A DNA stretch of 64,000 nucleotides from Adineta vaga (lineage: Eukaryota; Animalia; Rotifera): assembly GCA_021613535.1 (NCBI GenBank), contig CP075497.1, positions 2,418,001-2,482,000 of the forward strand, read 5' to 3'. Both the position numbers and the translations under genes were made by a program. This document shows positions 25,501 through 37,029 of this stretch, piece after piece. Positions within the stretch are counted from its first letter, which is position 1. Each line of letters opens with the position of its first letter. The notes beneath the pieces are model-generated. The model was not told the origin of the DNA and searched no databases. It saw only the letters and a program-made list of their open reading frames with translations.

Positions 25501-27578
25501 GCATTTAATTGCATTACACTAAAAAAAACCAAATAATAGAAATAATTCTTTGTAAAAAAAAAGAGAATCTATGTATTATTTTGATCTTAAAACTTTTATC
25601 TACCGATCACGTGTATTGATTTGTTCGGAAGCAGTTCGTCTCTTTCTTACAGGAATTATTGTTACATTGCCTCCAGGTAATTGCCGTAAAATTAAACCAT
25701 TCGATGGTAATGGTATTTGCGAAAGAAGTCGTTTTGTCCGACCTTTCGTTGTCATAGAAAAGTCTGATTGTGGTAATTTATCATCATTATCATCTTTAGT
25801 ATCCATCTGTTACATTCGAATACAAAAATTTTTTTATACTTATTCAAATGAAGGACAATATTCTGTATGTGAATAATGGCAATAGGAAGAAAAAAAAGGA
25901 CATGTGAGAATGATTGAAAAGAAGCATAAAGAAATAAATGATGTGTAACAAGAAAAAGAATGACGTGAGATGGTTTGTTGATCAGATAATATCAAATTGG
26001 ACTGATAAATTCTTTTTATTTGTTTTAGAAACGACATCATTGATCATTGTCAATGACAAGAAATAATTTTTTCGAGAAGAAAAACATACAATTCAATCCC
26101 AAATGAGACGAAGAAAAACATCGAATAGATAGTCACAGAAGCAAAAGAAAATCGATTGGATTCGATAATCTAATCGAAGAATTTCGATGAAAGAAAAAAA
26201 TAAATATATGTAATAAAGTCAATCGATTACATTTTTCTCCGTAGGAAATGAATGTTTATCTATTTATTATCATAACGCAAAATGTGCTTTTTGTCATCGA
26301 AACAGATTTCTTTTCTACACTACGAAGATTACATGAAATAATAAGCTAAATAAAGACCTCAACTAGAGATAGTAGAAAAAAAACGATGATGACTGAATGC
26401 CAATGGCTTCTTCTTTCTCTTGTTTCCTATTCTACAGAGAATAATGATACTCGAATGTATATCTAGTTACTATTTTTCTTCTTCTTCTTCTTCTTCTGTC
26501 CTTCCTGTTTCATTATCGATCAATAAAACATCGATCATATTCCAATTTACATGTCCTAACAAATCCTGGATTAGAAATTTTCGTCATTATTGCTATTTAT
26601 TCTACTCTTCGAATGTTATTTTTTTTACCTGTTCGATGAATTTGATGAATCATTGACATTACTTATTGTCGACATCGATAGAGCAAAAGAAATATTTTCA
26701 TCATTTCTCTCCGTCATATCAGTAGGTAATAAATGATAATGAACAACCGAAGGCATTGGTAATGTCATATTTTAATTACTATATGTATTATTATTATATG
26801 AATTCCGTCAAATGTATCCTTGTTTTGTGTATGTACATGAAAGCAATCAAGTGACGTTATTGATGATATGTTCTATGCAACTATTCAATGTGCATAAAGA
26901 AATTTTTGTTCCATATATGTAAGAAAACTTGTTACTAACACACATTCTTTCTTTCTTTATCAATCACGTAACGACCTTTCTTCTCCTTATTGTTCTCGAT
27001 AGGTTAAAATGATCATGTATCAAAAATAACTTCGAAATTCGAGAAGAAACATGAATAAAAATAATATTGCTAGACATTTCCTAATAGATTATTAATGAGA
27101 TTAAGACAAGGACAATCAGCATCCTGTTGTCGAAGTTTTCTTGATAAAAACTATTATTTCATCGACTACATCTCTTATGCTTCATAATAAAGGAATGGAA
27201 TAAAGATGAATGACTTCAATTCCATGATGAAAAAATCTTACCGTTTTGTTAAATTATACCATCCAATTGGTTCATTTTCACCAGTTGATGAACTCATTGA
27301 CGTTAACGATGGATTAGCACTCTCATGTTCAAGAACACTTTCCACAGCAAGATTCCATAATTGACGACTACGTGATGAATTACTACGTAGATTTCCTTTA
27401 CTAATTGGACTACTTGGTGATGATAATGATTTCCGTGGCTCAAGGATTAAAGGTGTTGCTTGTGTACGACCTAGAAAAACTTTATGGTTTCTTTCCCAAA
27501 AGAATGATGGATAGTTTTTTTCAAATGACCTTTTCGAGTTGAATGACGTCTAATTTGTTGATGACCGTTTTCTGCCAT
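22600..27578 (-). CDS. RHBDF: Inactive rhomboid (iRhom/RHBDF-like), about 17 exons
   Basis: Long cytosolic N-terminus, HRPYFTYWVTFVQILV, NPWFGP...LIRLGAKYTPCIR, a Cys-rich iRhom homology domain and PDQVYRFW...FIHAG. The GxSG motif is replaced by GPGGG and DNxAH by DNYAQ. The first exon MAENGHQQIRRHSTRK starts at 27578. Confidence 0.92.
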
Positions 27579-28087
27579 TTCTTATCGTTTTTCTTTTTTC
27601 GTTTTCAAAGAGCAAAATTTCTTATTTCTTATCAATGAGAAATTGAACTAAATATGTATCAATTTTCTTTCAATCATGATAAAAATTAAACAAATAAACA
27701 TTGTATAAGAAAGTTCGATCGAATCGAACTAATTTATTCATTCTATTGATTGGATCCTGTTATCAGACAAAGAGAGACATCTTAGACGGCATCATTCGTT
27801 GACAGATGACGCTCAACAACGAGTTGACTGATTTGATCCTGTTAAATATTTCTTTCCGTTGTAACAAAAAAGAAGAATGTTTTATTATCAAATACCTATT
27901 TTTTTGTTTCTCAAGTATCGTTTTGTTGTTTTTCAACGTCTGTCTTATCAATTTCAGGTAACTATTTATCTATTTTTGATGGTTGTCTACTTAGCTTACA
28001 TCGATTATCTATATTATTTTTTTCTTTTCATGACCTTGACTCTTTTGTTTCTTGTATATAAGTAGCAAAAATAAAAAACAAGTTAAG

Positions 28088-28103
28088 GTGTGTGTGTGTG
28101 TGT
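28088..28103 (+). repeat. (GT)n microsatellite upstream of the isomerase gene
   Basis: gtgtgtgtgtgtgtgt run. Confidence 0.85.
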
Positions 28104-28162
28104 GAGTGTTTTCGAAGGAGTCCCTAACATCGAACGATTATCTTATTCGTAGAATTGCTAGA

Positions 28163-29836
28163 ATGCCAATTCAATCACCTATTTATTTAGTTGCTAGTGG
28201 TGATTCTCGACTTGCTGCTAATCAAACATGTTGGGATGCACAAAATAAACTCGAACAAGCACTTGGTAAAGCACTAGAATCACTTGGTCATACAATCAAA
28301 CGTGCGCATGAATATGATGAAATAAAAAAACATGGTTTTATCGATAGTCAACGTATGGGCATGAAAGTTTTCGCTAATTTACCATCCGATGATGTACCAT
28401 TGATCGTTGCTGAAGCTGTTTGGCAATATTCACATCATGTTTTAGCTGGTTTAACAACACATAAAGGTCCAATTTTAACTTTAGCAAATTGGTGTGGACA
28501 ATGGCCAGGTCTTGTTGGAATGTTAAATTTAAATGGTTCATTAACAAAAGCTGGAGTGAAATATAGTACTTTATGGTCAGTCGATTTTACTGATGAATTC
28601 TTTGTTAATAAACTAAAAGAATGGTTGGAAACGGGAAATATTCAACATGATGTATCACATGTACGAGCATTGAAACAATTTAAAGCGATTCCAGATGATT
28701 TGGAAAAAATTGGACAAAAAATCGCCCAAGATATTTTGAAAAACAAAGCAATTATGGGTGTATTTGATGAAGTAGGAAAAGAAAAAAAACGATAGAAAAT
28801 TTCCAATTTAAATGATGTATTTTAGGGTTGTATGGGAATGTATAATGCAATAATACCCGATGAACTTCTTCATAAATTAGGTATTTTTAAAGAACGTCTT
28901 AGTCAATCGGCACTTTTCTATGAAATGCAAGTAACAAATGATGAAGAAGCTCGTGCTGTTTATAACTGGATAAAAGAAAAAGGAATGAAATTTGATTTAA
29001 AAGATCAACCAAATGATGCAACGGATTTAACTGAAGAACAAATTCTTTGGCAATGCAAAATGTATATTGCTGCTGTTCGTTTAGCAAATGATTTCGGATG
29101 TGATCTAATTGGTATTCAATATCAACAAGGTTTAAAAGATTTAGTTCCTGCTTCTGATTTAGCCGAAGGTTTATTGAATAATGTCGATCGACCACCTGTA
29201 AAAGATCGTTCAAATAAACGAATTCTTTTTGAAAATGCAGCTGTACTACACTTTAATGAAGTCGATGAATGTGCTGGCGTTGACGCATTGATTACCAATC
29301 GTGTTTGGAATCAATTAGGTTATCCACCTGAAACAACTTTGCATGATGTTCGTTATGGCGAAGATTATGATGGTGTATTTACATGGGTATTTGAAATATC
29401 AGGCGCTGTTCCACCTGAACATTTAATTGATGGTTATAAAGGTGCTTTTAGTTTACGTCAGCCGCCGATGTATTTTCATAAAGGTGGTGGTACAATTCGT
29501 GGTGTTTCAAAACCAGGTGAAGTTGTTTGGAGTCGAATTTATACAGAAGATAATCGTTTAAAAGCTGATCTTGGTCGAGCACGTGTTGTGAAATTACCAA
29601 GCGAAGAAACTGAACGACGTTGGCGTGATACAACACCACAATGGCCTATTATGCATGCTCAATTACTTGGTGTTAGTCGAGATCAATTAATGGCAAAACA
29701 TAAAGCAAATCATGTTCAAGTTGCTTATGCTCCCGATGCTCAAGGTGCACAAAAAGCTTTAGCAGCTAAAGCAGCCTGTTTTCAAGCATTGGGTATTGAA
29801 GTTTTCATCTGTGGTACTGAATCCGGACTTGATTAA
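28163..29836 (+). CDS. L-fucose/L-arabinose isomerase-related protein of bacterial type, 2 exons (intron 28772-28825); HGT candidate
   Basis: Motifs [57 protein letters not shown]|[71 protein letters not shown]. The 54-nt intron is phase 0. Confidence 0.88.
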
Positions 29837-30821
29837 TAGATTACCAAATAGAAGGTTTTTTTATATAATATTAGCTTTTTATCATTTTGTCTAAATAATC
29901 CAAGTAATAAATTGTTTTTCTTGATTTGAAAAAATTCATTATACATATCGAATGAAGTTTAACCTTCTGCTTAGCTAGATATTCAAGTCGAAAAAACGAA
30001 TAAGAGTTAGAGTAATGAAAGAATCTTTATTCATTAAGTTTGCCCTTGGAATCGAATATTTGTTTTCCTGCTATTATGCACGTAGCAGTATCATTTTTCA
30101 TTCAGTATTGGTTCGTCGGTCGGATCAAAATTTCTTATCAATTACAGTTAGCTTATGATTTTATTATAAATTAACATTTTTCATTCGTATTTAGGATAAG
30201 GTAAAAAGAAATAAATCGACATGCGTAAGAACCCAGTCTTTTGTTTCGCATTTGTGGTGGTGACCGATATTGTTTGAGTAGTATGCAAATTATTTTATGA
30301 TGAACAAATCTGTGTACTTTTAAGTTACTATATTAGTTTTATTCGATATTTAGATTGTTTAAAAATAATTATTTACAGGTAGTTAGCTATATTTTGTTAT
30401 TAAAATATTTGTTCATTAATCTTTAGAATGTTGCAAGGAACCAATTTAGTGGTAAGTCCTTTATTGTAAATTAATCGATTCTTTCTCTATTTTGATCTAT
30501 TAAGATATCAGGTTTAGAGGTAATTGATTCCATATGAACTAATATTATTCTTTTGTATTTAGAATGATCAGATCAATAATTCTATTTTCTTTCATTTAGA
30601 TAGTGTGACAACAATTGTATCATCGAGAATAAACTGTACACTAAACATTCTATACCAAACGATAATGTAACATTAAAATCTATTTTCGGAGTGAAAGGCA
30701 GAGCGAAGCAGAGTTGTTCAAACAATATGATGTCCAATGATAGGACGTATTGGATACGAAGTTCTTGAATCGAAATGCAGAATATAAAATCTTTTTCTAT
30801 TATCATTGACATCTCGATGTG

Positions 30822-30953
30822 TACGAAACCCTACCCACGAAACCATTTTTATTTCGATCTTCAAAAGGGTTTCGTGGAAAACCTTGACAATACGAAACCA
30901 CAAAAGGATTTCTAATTCGTTGTAAAGTGCGAAATCCTTTTTTGGTTTCGTAT
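30822..30953. repeat. Double inverted-repeat (hairpin) element built on ACGAAACC, MITE-like
   Basis: CCACGAAACC (30835-30844) pairs with GGTTTCGTGG (30868-30877). ATACGAAACCACAAAAGGATTTC (30890-30912) pairs with GAAATCCTTTTTTGGTTTCGTAT (30931-30953) with one mismatch. Confidence 0.65.
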
Positions 30954-31085
30954 AAAACCGTTTTTATTTTCAGTGTGTTCTATTTCCAAACTCACTCTTA
31001 CTCTTCTCATATGCATATTTGCCCAAAACTACACTTTATTTTCGAAAAATACCAAAAAGCATATTTTTCCACCTATCAAAGACTG

Positions 31086-34000
31086 CTATAACCAAGAGAA
31101 GCACACGTTTTTCTTATTTTTCTTCAATGTGTTCAGGTGTTTTGCACCTTCATCACCGATTTGATTGCCTTCGAGACTGAGCATGGTGACTGTCTGTGTG
31201 AAATGGAAAAGATGAATGAGATATAGAAATGAAGAGGTTCATTTAGTCTTACTGAGTTTTTTCCCAGTCCTTTACCAATGTATTGTACACCCTGAGCGCC
31301 AATTTTATTGTGGTCGAGACCGAATGCGGTGATTGTCTGTGTGAAATGGAAGAGATGAACGATATATAGAAACGAAGAGATTTATTTAATCTTACCGAGT
31401 TTTTTTCCAATGCTTCAGCGATGTAATGTGCACCTACATCACCAATTTGGTTTTCGGAAAGATTGATTACGGTGATTCTCTGTATGAAATCGAAAAGATG
31501 AATGAGATACAGAAATGTAGATATTCATTTAGTCTTACTGAGTTTTGTCCCAACGCTTCAGCAATGTAATGTGCACCTACATCACCAATTTGATTTTTGC
31601 AGAGGTAGAGTTGTGTGATTGTCTGTATGAGACGCAAAAGATGAACGAGATATAGAAATGAAGAGATTAATTGTCTTACCGAGTTTTTCCCCAAACCTTT
31701 ACCAATGTAATGTGCACCTACATCACCAATTCGATTGCTGGAGAGAGTGAGTCTGGTGACAAACTGTATAAAATGAAAAAGATGAACGAGATATAGAAAC
31801 GAAGAGATTCATTTAGACTTACTGAGTTTTGTCCCAATCCTTCACCAATGTATTGTGCACCTACATCACCAATTTGATTTCCGAAGAGGCAAAGGTCTTT
31901 GAGTGTCTGTATGAAATGGAAAAGATGAATGAGATATAGAAGTGAAAAGGTTCATTTAGTCTTACTGAGTTTTGTCCCAATGCTTTACCAATGTATTGTG
32001 CACCTATATCACCGATTTGATTTGCGATGAGACGAAGTTCTTTGAGTGTCTGTATGAAATGGAAAAAGATGAATGAGATACAGAAACGAAGAGATTCATT
32101 TAGACTTACTGAGTTTTGTCTCAATCCTTCACCAATGTATTGTGCACCTACATCACCAATTTGATTACTCCCGAGGTCGAGTTCTGTAAGTGTCTGTATG
32201 AAATGGAAAAGATGAATGAGATACAGAAATGAAGGGATTCATTTAGACTTACTGAGTTTTGTCCCAATGCTTCAGCAATGTATTGTGCACCTACATCGCC
32301 AATTTGATTGTTGCAGAGGTAGAGGACTTTGAGTATCTGTATGAAATGCAAAAGATGAGTGACATATAAAAGTGAAGAGATATATTAATTAAAGTGTTTT
32401 TCGAAAACAAAGTTTGGTTTCAAGTGAATTTTTGCCGTGCTGAAGTCAAGCAGTATTAGTTTATTATCGTTGTTTTTCTCGTAGAGAGGAGTCATGGAAG
32501 AATAGATTGTTGGCTTGCTTGCTTGTTTGTTCAATTCCTTGTGTCCGCACTTCACTGATTAGGCCAATCCAATAATAGGGTTATACAAAGAAACTACTTT
32601 CCATAGAACCTGACCTGGAGGTAATCAAAGAAGCGAAATGTGGATATTATATTAGTTCTAGCTAATTATTAACTAATAATATTTCAAATGGAACTTCACC
32701 AAAAGGTAATAAAAGGGGCGAAGTCAGCGGCTGAGATTATTTTTGATTAATTATTTATTATATATTGAGTAACAGTGAGTTAATAATTAACTAAGAACAT
32801 CCTCTATAAAATCTGATCAACGAGTAATCGAGAGTGGGAAATTCAAATGTGAGGTTAATTTTAGTTGGTCAATCATTTATTAATCAAAATAAATATTTTG
32901 CTGAAAGTTTCAAAACACCATTGCTACGAGGTAGAGCGTACCGAATCCTTGGACAAGCGTTATTTGTAGATGTAGGAAAATTTATGTTCGATTTTTAAGA
33001 AAAAGAGAATGTAGTAGAAACAATACATGCCAGAATAGAAGTTTTTTCATACTGCTGCGGTTCATTCAGTCGTAACTACGTTAATTTCAGGAATGGTTTG
33101 TAAAATAAAGAAGCGATACAGTGATTTAACTATGCATTTCGAAATGAAAATTAGCGAGAAAAGTTTGTATAAATATTGTAGTGTTATTTTTGGCAAGAAA
33201 CTATTGAGTCACTTGTACGATGTCAATGAATTAGTAGGTTTCGGATGTTGAAAGCTGACGGGTAATTAACTTGTATAAGAAAGTTTCACGGTCTTGAAAA
33301 TATAAAACAAGAAAATAATTTGAAGCGAAGATCTATAATGGAGGAGCTTAGGGTCTCAATATGATATATATGGTTGTTAGAATTGAATTTTCTGGTACTG
33401 TGAATGAATCATTTTATAATGTACTTGGGATGAAAAGTTTAATAAGGTTGTTCCAAATATATACTTTAAGGTTAATCTGAGATTTTAACGCCTAGTCGTT
33501 GATACATATACAATCAGTTTCCTATTTACACTTCAAAAAGTTGATCCGTTTATAATGGGTTGTTTTCTCCTCAGAGATACTGAAACTTTACATAATAGTG
33601 TGATCCGAACCACAGATTGTATCCTTCGCTCCACTTTTCGTCATCGATAATCGAGCAATCTCGTTCTACAAAAGGCATTAATTAAGTTTGTTTTTAAATC
33701 ATTCAAACTATCTGATTTTTTCAATCATTTTCAACTCAATTCTCCAAATAAATGTCTATCTGTTCAAGAGGTCTACGAAAAATGACCGAATGAAAAGTGA
33801 TCTACGTTAATTTACAGATACGAGAATTAGTCTAATTCAGAAAAATCGGCTTAATTGAAAATGCAACAGGTATTTGAGATTCTTTTTATTATGCATTTAA
33901 CTAAACTAAACAGGTAACGCGGCGTAGTAGCCGCTGATCTTCTACTGAAAAGACATCATCAGATCCCTCCTATTCCTCAAAAGAAAGAAATAAAAATTAT

Positions 34001-37000
34001 TTCATTTGAATAATTCAATCATTTGATAATTTATCTTAATCTTTTGCTCATACTCATTTTGCTCCCTAAAATCTTCTCAGGCTAACGCCTAGTCGTTCGT
34101 CGGCCTCCTCCCCGGTCGGTCACTTACAGCTAGCCGTTACCATGGCAGCCTCCATTATGCCTTTCACTTTTGACTAACTTTCAAAGCGAATAATTACGTT
34201 TCTTTTCATTGTTGCTCCCGAAGTAGGGATTTTCCATTTATTTTATTATCAAACCAAACTAGATAAAAAGTTTTATTTTATGATTTGGCGTGAAAAAAGC
34301 ACCCATCATAGTGCTTCATATGTTTAGGATACCATTGGTATAGTCGATTTCTCTCTAGCTAATAAGATGGAATTGCACTGACGGACATACTCTATCGCAA
34401 CATATTTCTGCTGAAATCCTGTCGAAAGACCTGACGTGTCGTAGCTAACAGCCCGATAATCAAATTAAGCTCTACCACGTACAAATATCATAATGTAAGA
34501 TATACTAAATTTTTTTGTGTGAGCTCCTAAACTACTATCTTCGCACACAACACATGCAAGAATAGCGTTTAATTCACTACCTTCTACAAAAGATTTTACG
34601 AAAGATACAGAAAAATATCTCTTTTAAAAAGAGAAAGGAAGAAGACAAAGCTCAGCGAATAAGAAAAAAACTAACCTCAGATTCGAGTTCCACGACCTCG
34701 ATTACTCCGGATCGATTGTCTTCGGATAATCATGGTTCAGTTTTCATTCATTTGCAAAATGCAGCAAGCTGATTGGATTAAACAAGCTCAAGCACAAACA
34801 AACTTTTAGTATTTTAACGACCGAGTTTACGGCGCTATACCGCATTCTTTCAGAAAAGGGAGTAATAAAAAAATAATGAAAATTATTGATTATGAATATT
34901 TTAATCTGCCCCTTAGCAAAATCTAAGAAATAAAATGTAACTTACTATATCTTTCTTTAGCAGATAAGAAGCAACTATTTCCATATCAGCATCTATCATT
35001 CCGTTCTCTGACAAGTTTAAGTCTGGTCGAAGTCGCTTTTGACTCATGATTTGTTCTAATTTTGAATTTTCGTACTTCGGTGGTGACGATAATAAATTTG
35101 TCGTTGTTGTTTTTGATTCTGAAAAAGATCGATAAAAGATGATTCTATCCTACAAATGATATCTAAAGCAAAATTCTTCTCCTAGCTACACTGTAGAAAA
35201 AATGACAGCAAAATAAATGAACTATCAATTTTTAATTCAATAATAATATTGATTATATTGTTTATTTTAGAGGGTCCATGAATCCATCGAGCATAGTCAT
35301 ACTATAAAAATTTTAAAATTGATTGTCAAAAATCATGCTATTTATTTTTGTTGAACTATGAAAATTCAGTTAGAAAATGATCTGGAGAAATTGAAATGGC
35401 TGATTTTGCTCAGCTCTCTAGATGGACTATCTTTTGGCATATAATAGTAAAAGATGCTTTGAATCGTTGAAATAAAATGCGCACAGGTGATTTGAAATAA
35501 CTTAAGAAGAGTTCTTTGATGATGAAGAAACAGTGGTTAAAAGTTGTCACGGGCTAATTTTGGTGTGGAACATCCAAACACTAAAAATTTGTATATCGTT
35601 GATAGTTTTTATCACTCTTATTGCTTCCTCTGGATCTGAGGTAATAATATCTTTATGCAGAATATATATGTAATGAATTTTATTTTGTAAAATTCGAAGA
35701 TATGAAATAATAGATAGAATAATTCGTTAATGTGTGACGAGATGGAGGAGTAGCACTACTACCACTCTCGATATACTAGATGTTTATTCGAGCTACTTCA
35801 ATATTCCAAATCCTGCCATACAACATAAAACGTTCGCTTTATATTTGCACTTACGAGAAAGAGAAAAGAACAGAAAAGGGATGAAGTATTCACTAGCATA
35901 TTACATAAGAGTAACATCATAATAGCTACGGACACTAACATACCAGATAACGATTCGATTTTACACAACGATGCATTCCGTAACACTAAAAAAAAGATTA
36001 GCACATTCTTCCTATATAAAGAAGGCGTAGAAAAGTCAAAGAAGAGGAAGCATGTATATCTGAATCAGAAAGGACACCCAACCATTATTGGCACAATGTA
36101 CTATTCCAAATTTACCTGATGATGAACGTTTAAGCAAGATTCGAAACGGTCGCCCTAAGTAGCTTGAAATAATCTTTGAAACTCATCCTGAAAAATTCCA
36201 AGTGTTGCCAGGTTTTGGTAAAAAAATGGAATTTTTCATAAAAAAGTATCAAAACTCAGGACTCCTTTTCTAGCTTTAGTACCTCCACTTTGGATATCAG
36301 ATAGAGCGAAAAAAAACTGCGTATAATTGATCCAAAGTTTTGGGTGATTTTATGAAGGTTTTACAACGAAAATTGGCAAGCTTTATGTATATAAAAATGG
36401 TTTTTGTGCACCTCTAGTCATTCTATGTGCATAATTTTATCGCAATTGAATGAACTTTTAAAAAGGTTCTGCAGATATCTAAAAGCTTTCAAATGCGTCG
36501 AAAGTGAAAAAAAAGCATGAAAATTCGACAGAACCTTCAAAAGGCTCTCCGTTATATCCAGCAGAAGATCCTTTAAAGGTTCTGCAAATTTTTTGAATCC
36601 CTTTTTTGGAACTTTTAATACATTTAAAATCTTGTTGACGTCTCCAGAACCTTTTTGATGGTTCGGTAGATTACCTTTTTTTTCTTTAGTTTGTGCCACA
36701 GCCGCATTCAACGATTCTCTCGCTTTTTTTACAAATATTGCCATTATTATAAACATAGAACCAAAAAGACACCACCCGATGGTCTTAATAATATAAAATG
36801 CAATCACCGCAACCGCTATAAGTAATAGAGCCGCCTCAATTAGCGTTATTTTCGTCAATGCTTGTACACCTGCACCAATTCCAACACCAATTACTGTAGC
36901 GTTTGCTTTTAAACTTTCCATTGTTGATCTCGTGGTTCTTAATGTGGCGTTAATCTCGTTCCCAGTCGCCTTTATTGTTGTATTAGCAGTGTTTGTCGCG

Positions 37001-37029
37001 TTTGTAACAGCTGACGTGACGTTTCCCAT
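31086..37029 (-). CDS. Membrane-anchored RI-type leucine-rich-repeat protein, about 435 aa, 11 exons: 36675-37029, 34946-35118, 32253-32336, 32110-32193, 31966-32049, 31823-31906, 31680-31763, 31539-31622, 31396-31479, 31253-31336, 31086-31193
   Basis: All junctions are GT-AG and frame-compatible. Exon 1 ends AAG|gtaatc (phase 1) and exon 2 starts ttcag|AA. Exon 2 encodes an LRR cap (YENSKLEQ...LNLSENGMIDADMEIVASYLL). Exons 3-10 are 84-nt 28-aa LRRs (xLxxLxLxxNQIGDVGAQYIxxxLxxNS). Exon 11 ends NVCFSWL*. The exon 1-2 and 2-3 links across long introns are inferred from splice signals and phase. Confidence 0.8.
31140..32380. repeat. Tandem array of nine ~143-bp units, each an LRR exon plus a 57-60-nt near-identical intron
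   Basis: Exon starts on the minus strand are 32336, 32193, 32049, 31906, 31763, 31622, 31479, 31336 and 31193. The intron consensus is roughly gtaagactaaatgaatctcttcatttctatatctcattcatcttttccatttcatacag. Confidence 0.97.
36460..36656. mobile_element. Putative MITE-like element (~197 bp) in intron 1 of the LRR gene
   Basis: Perfect 12-bp terminal inverted repeat AAAAAGGTTCTG (36460-36471) / CAGAACCTTTTT (36645-36656), with internal copies CAGAACCTT (36529) and AAAGGTTCTG (36575). No clear target-site duplication. Confidence 0.45.

Noticed and set aside
30100-30690. Small multi-exon gene on the plus strand between the isomerase and the LRR gene
   Set aside because: Several GT/AG-bounded fragments are visible, but the frames I tried contain stops and no coherent protein could be assembled. 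It may be a decayed gene.
31140-32380. CRISPR array (regular repeats with variable spacers)
   Set aside because: The context is eukaryotic and there are no cas genes. The constant parts are spliceosomal introns plus LRR scaffold codons, and the variable parts are in-frame LRR beta-strands.
32400-36400. Autonomous transposon (transposase, reverse transcriptase or Rep/helicase)
   Set aside because: There are no long ORFs or catalytic motifs, only short repeats and one host exon.
36418-37029. Stand-alone 203-aa viral FAST-like fusogen or endogenous viral membrane protein (myristoyl + TM + polybasic)
   Set aside because: The ORF crosses a good splice donor at 36674. Its last ~84 codons run through an inverted-repeat element, and a phase-compatible downstream exon exists, so exon 1 of the LRR gene is the better reading. 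No other viral genes are nearby.
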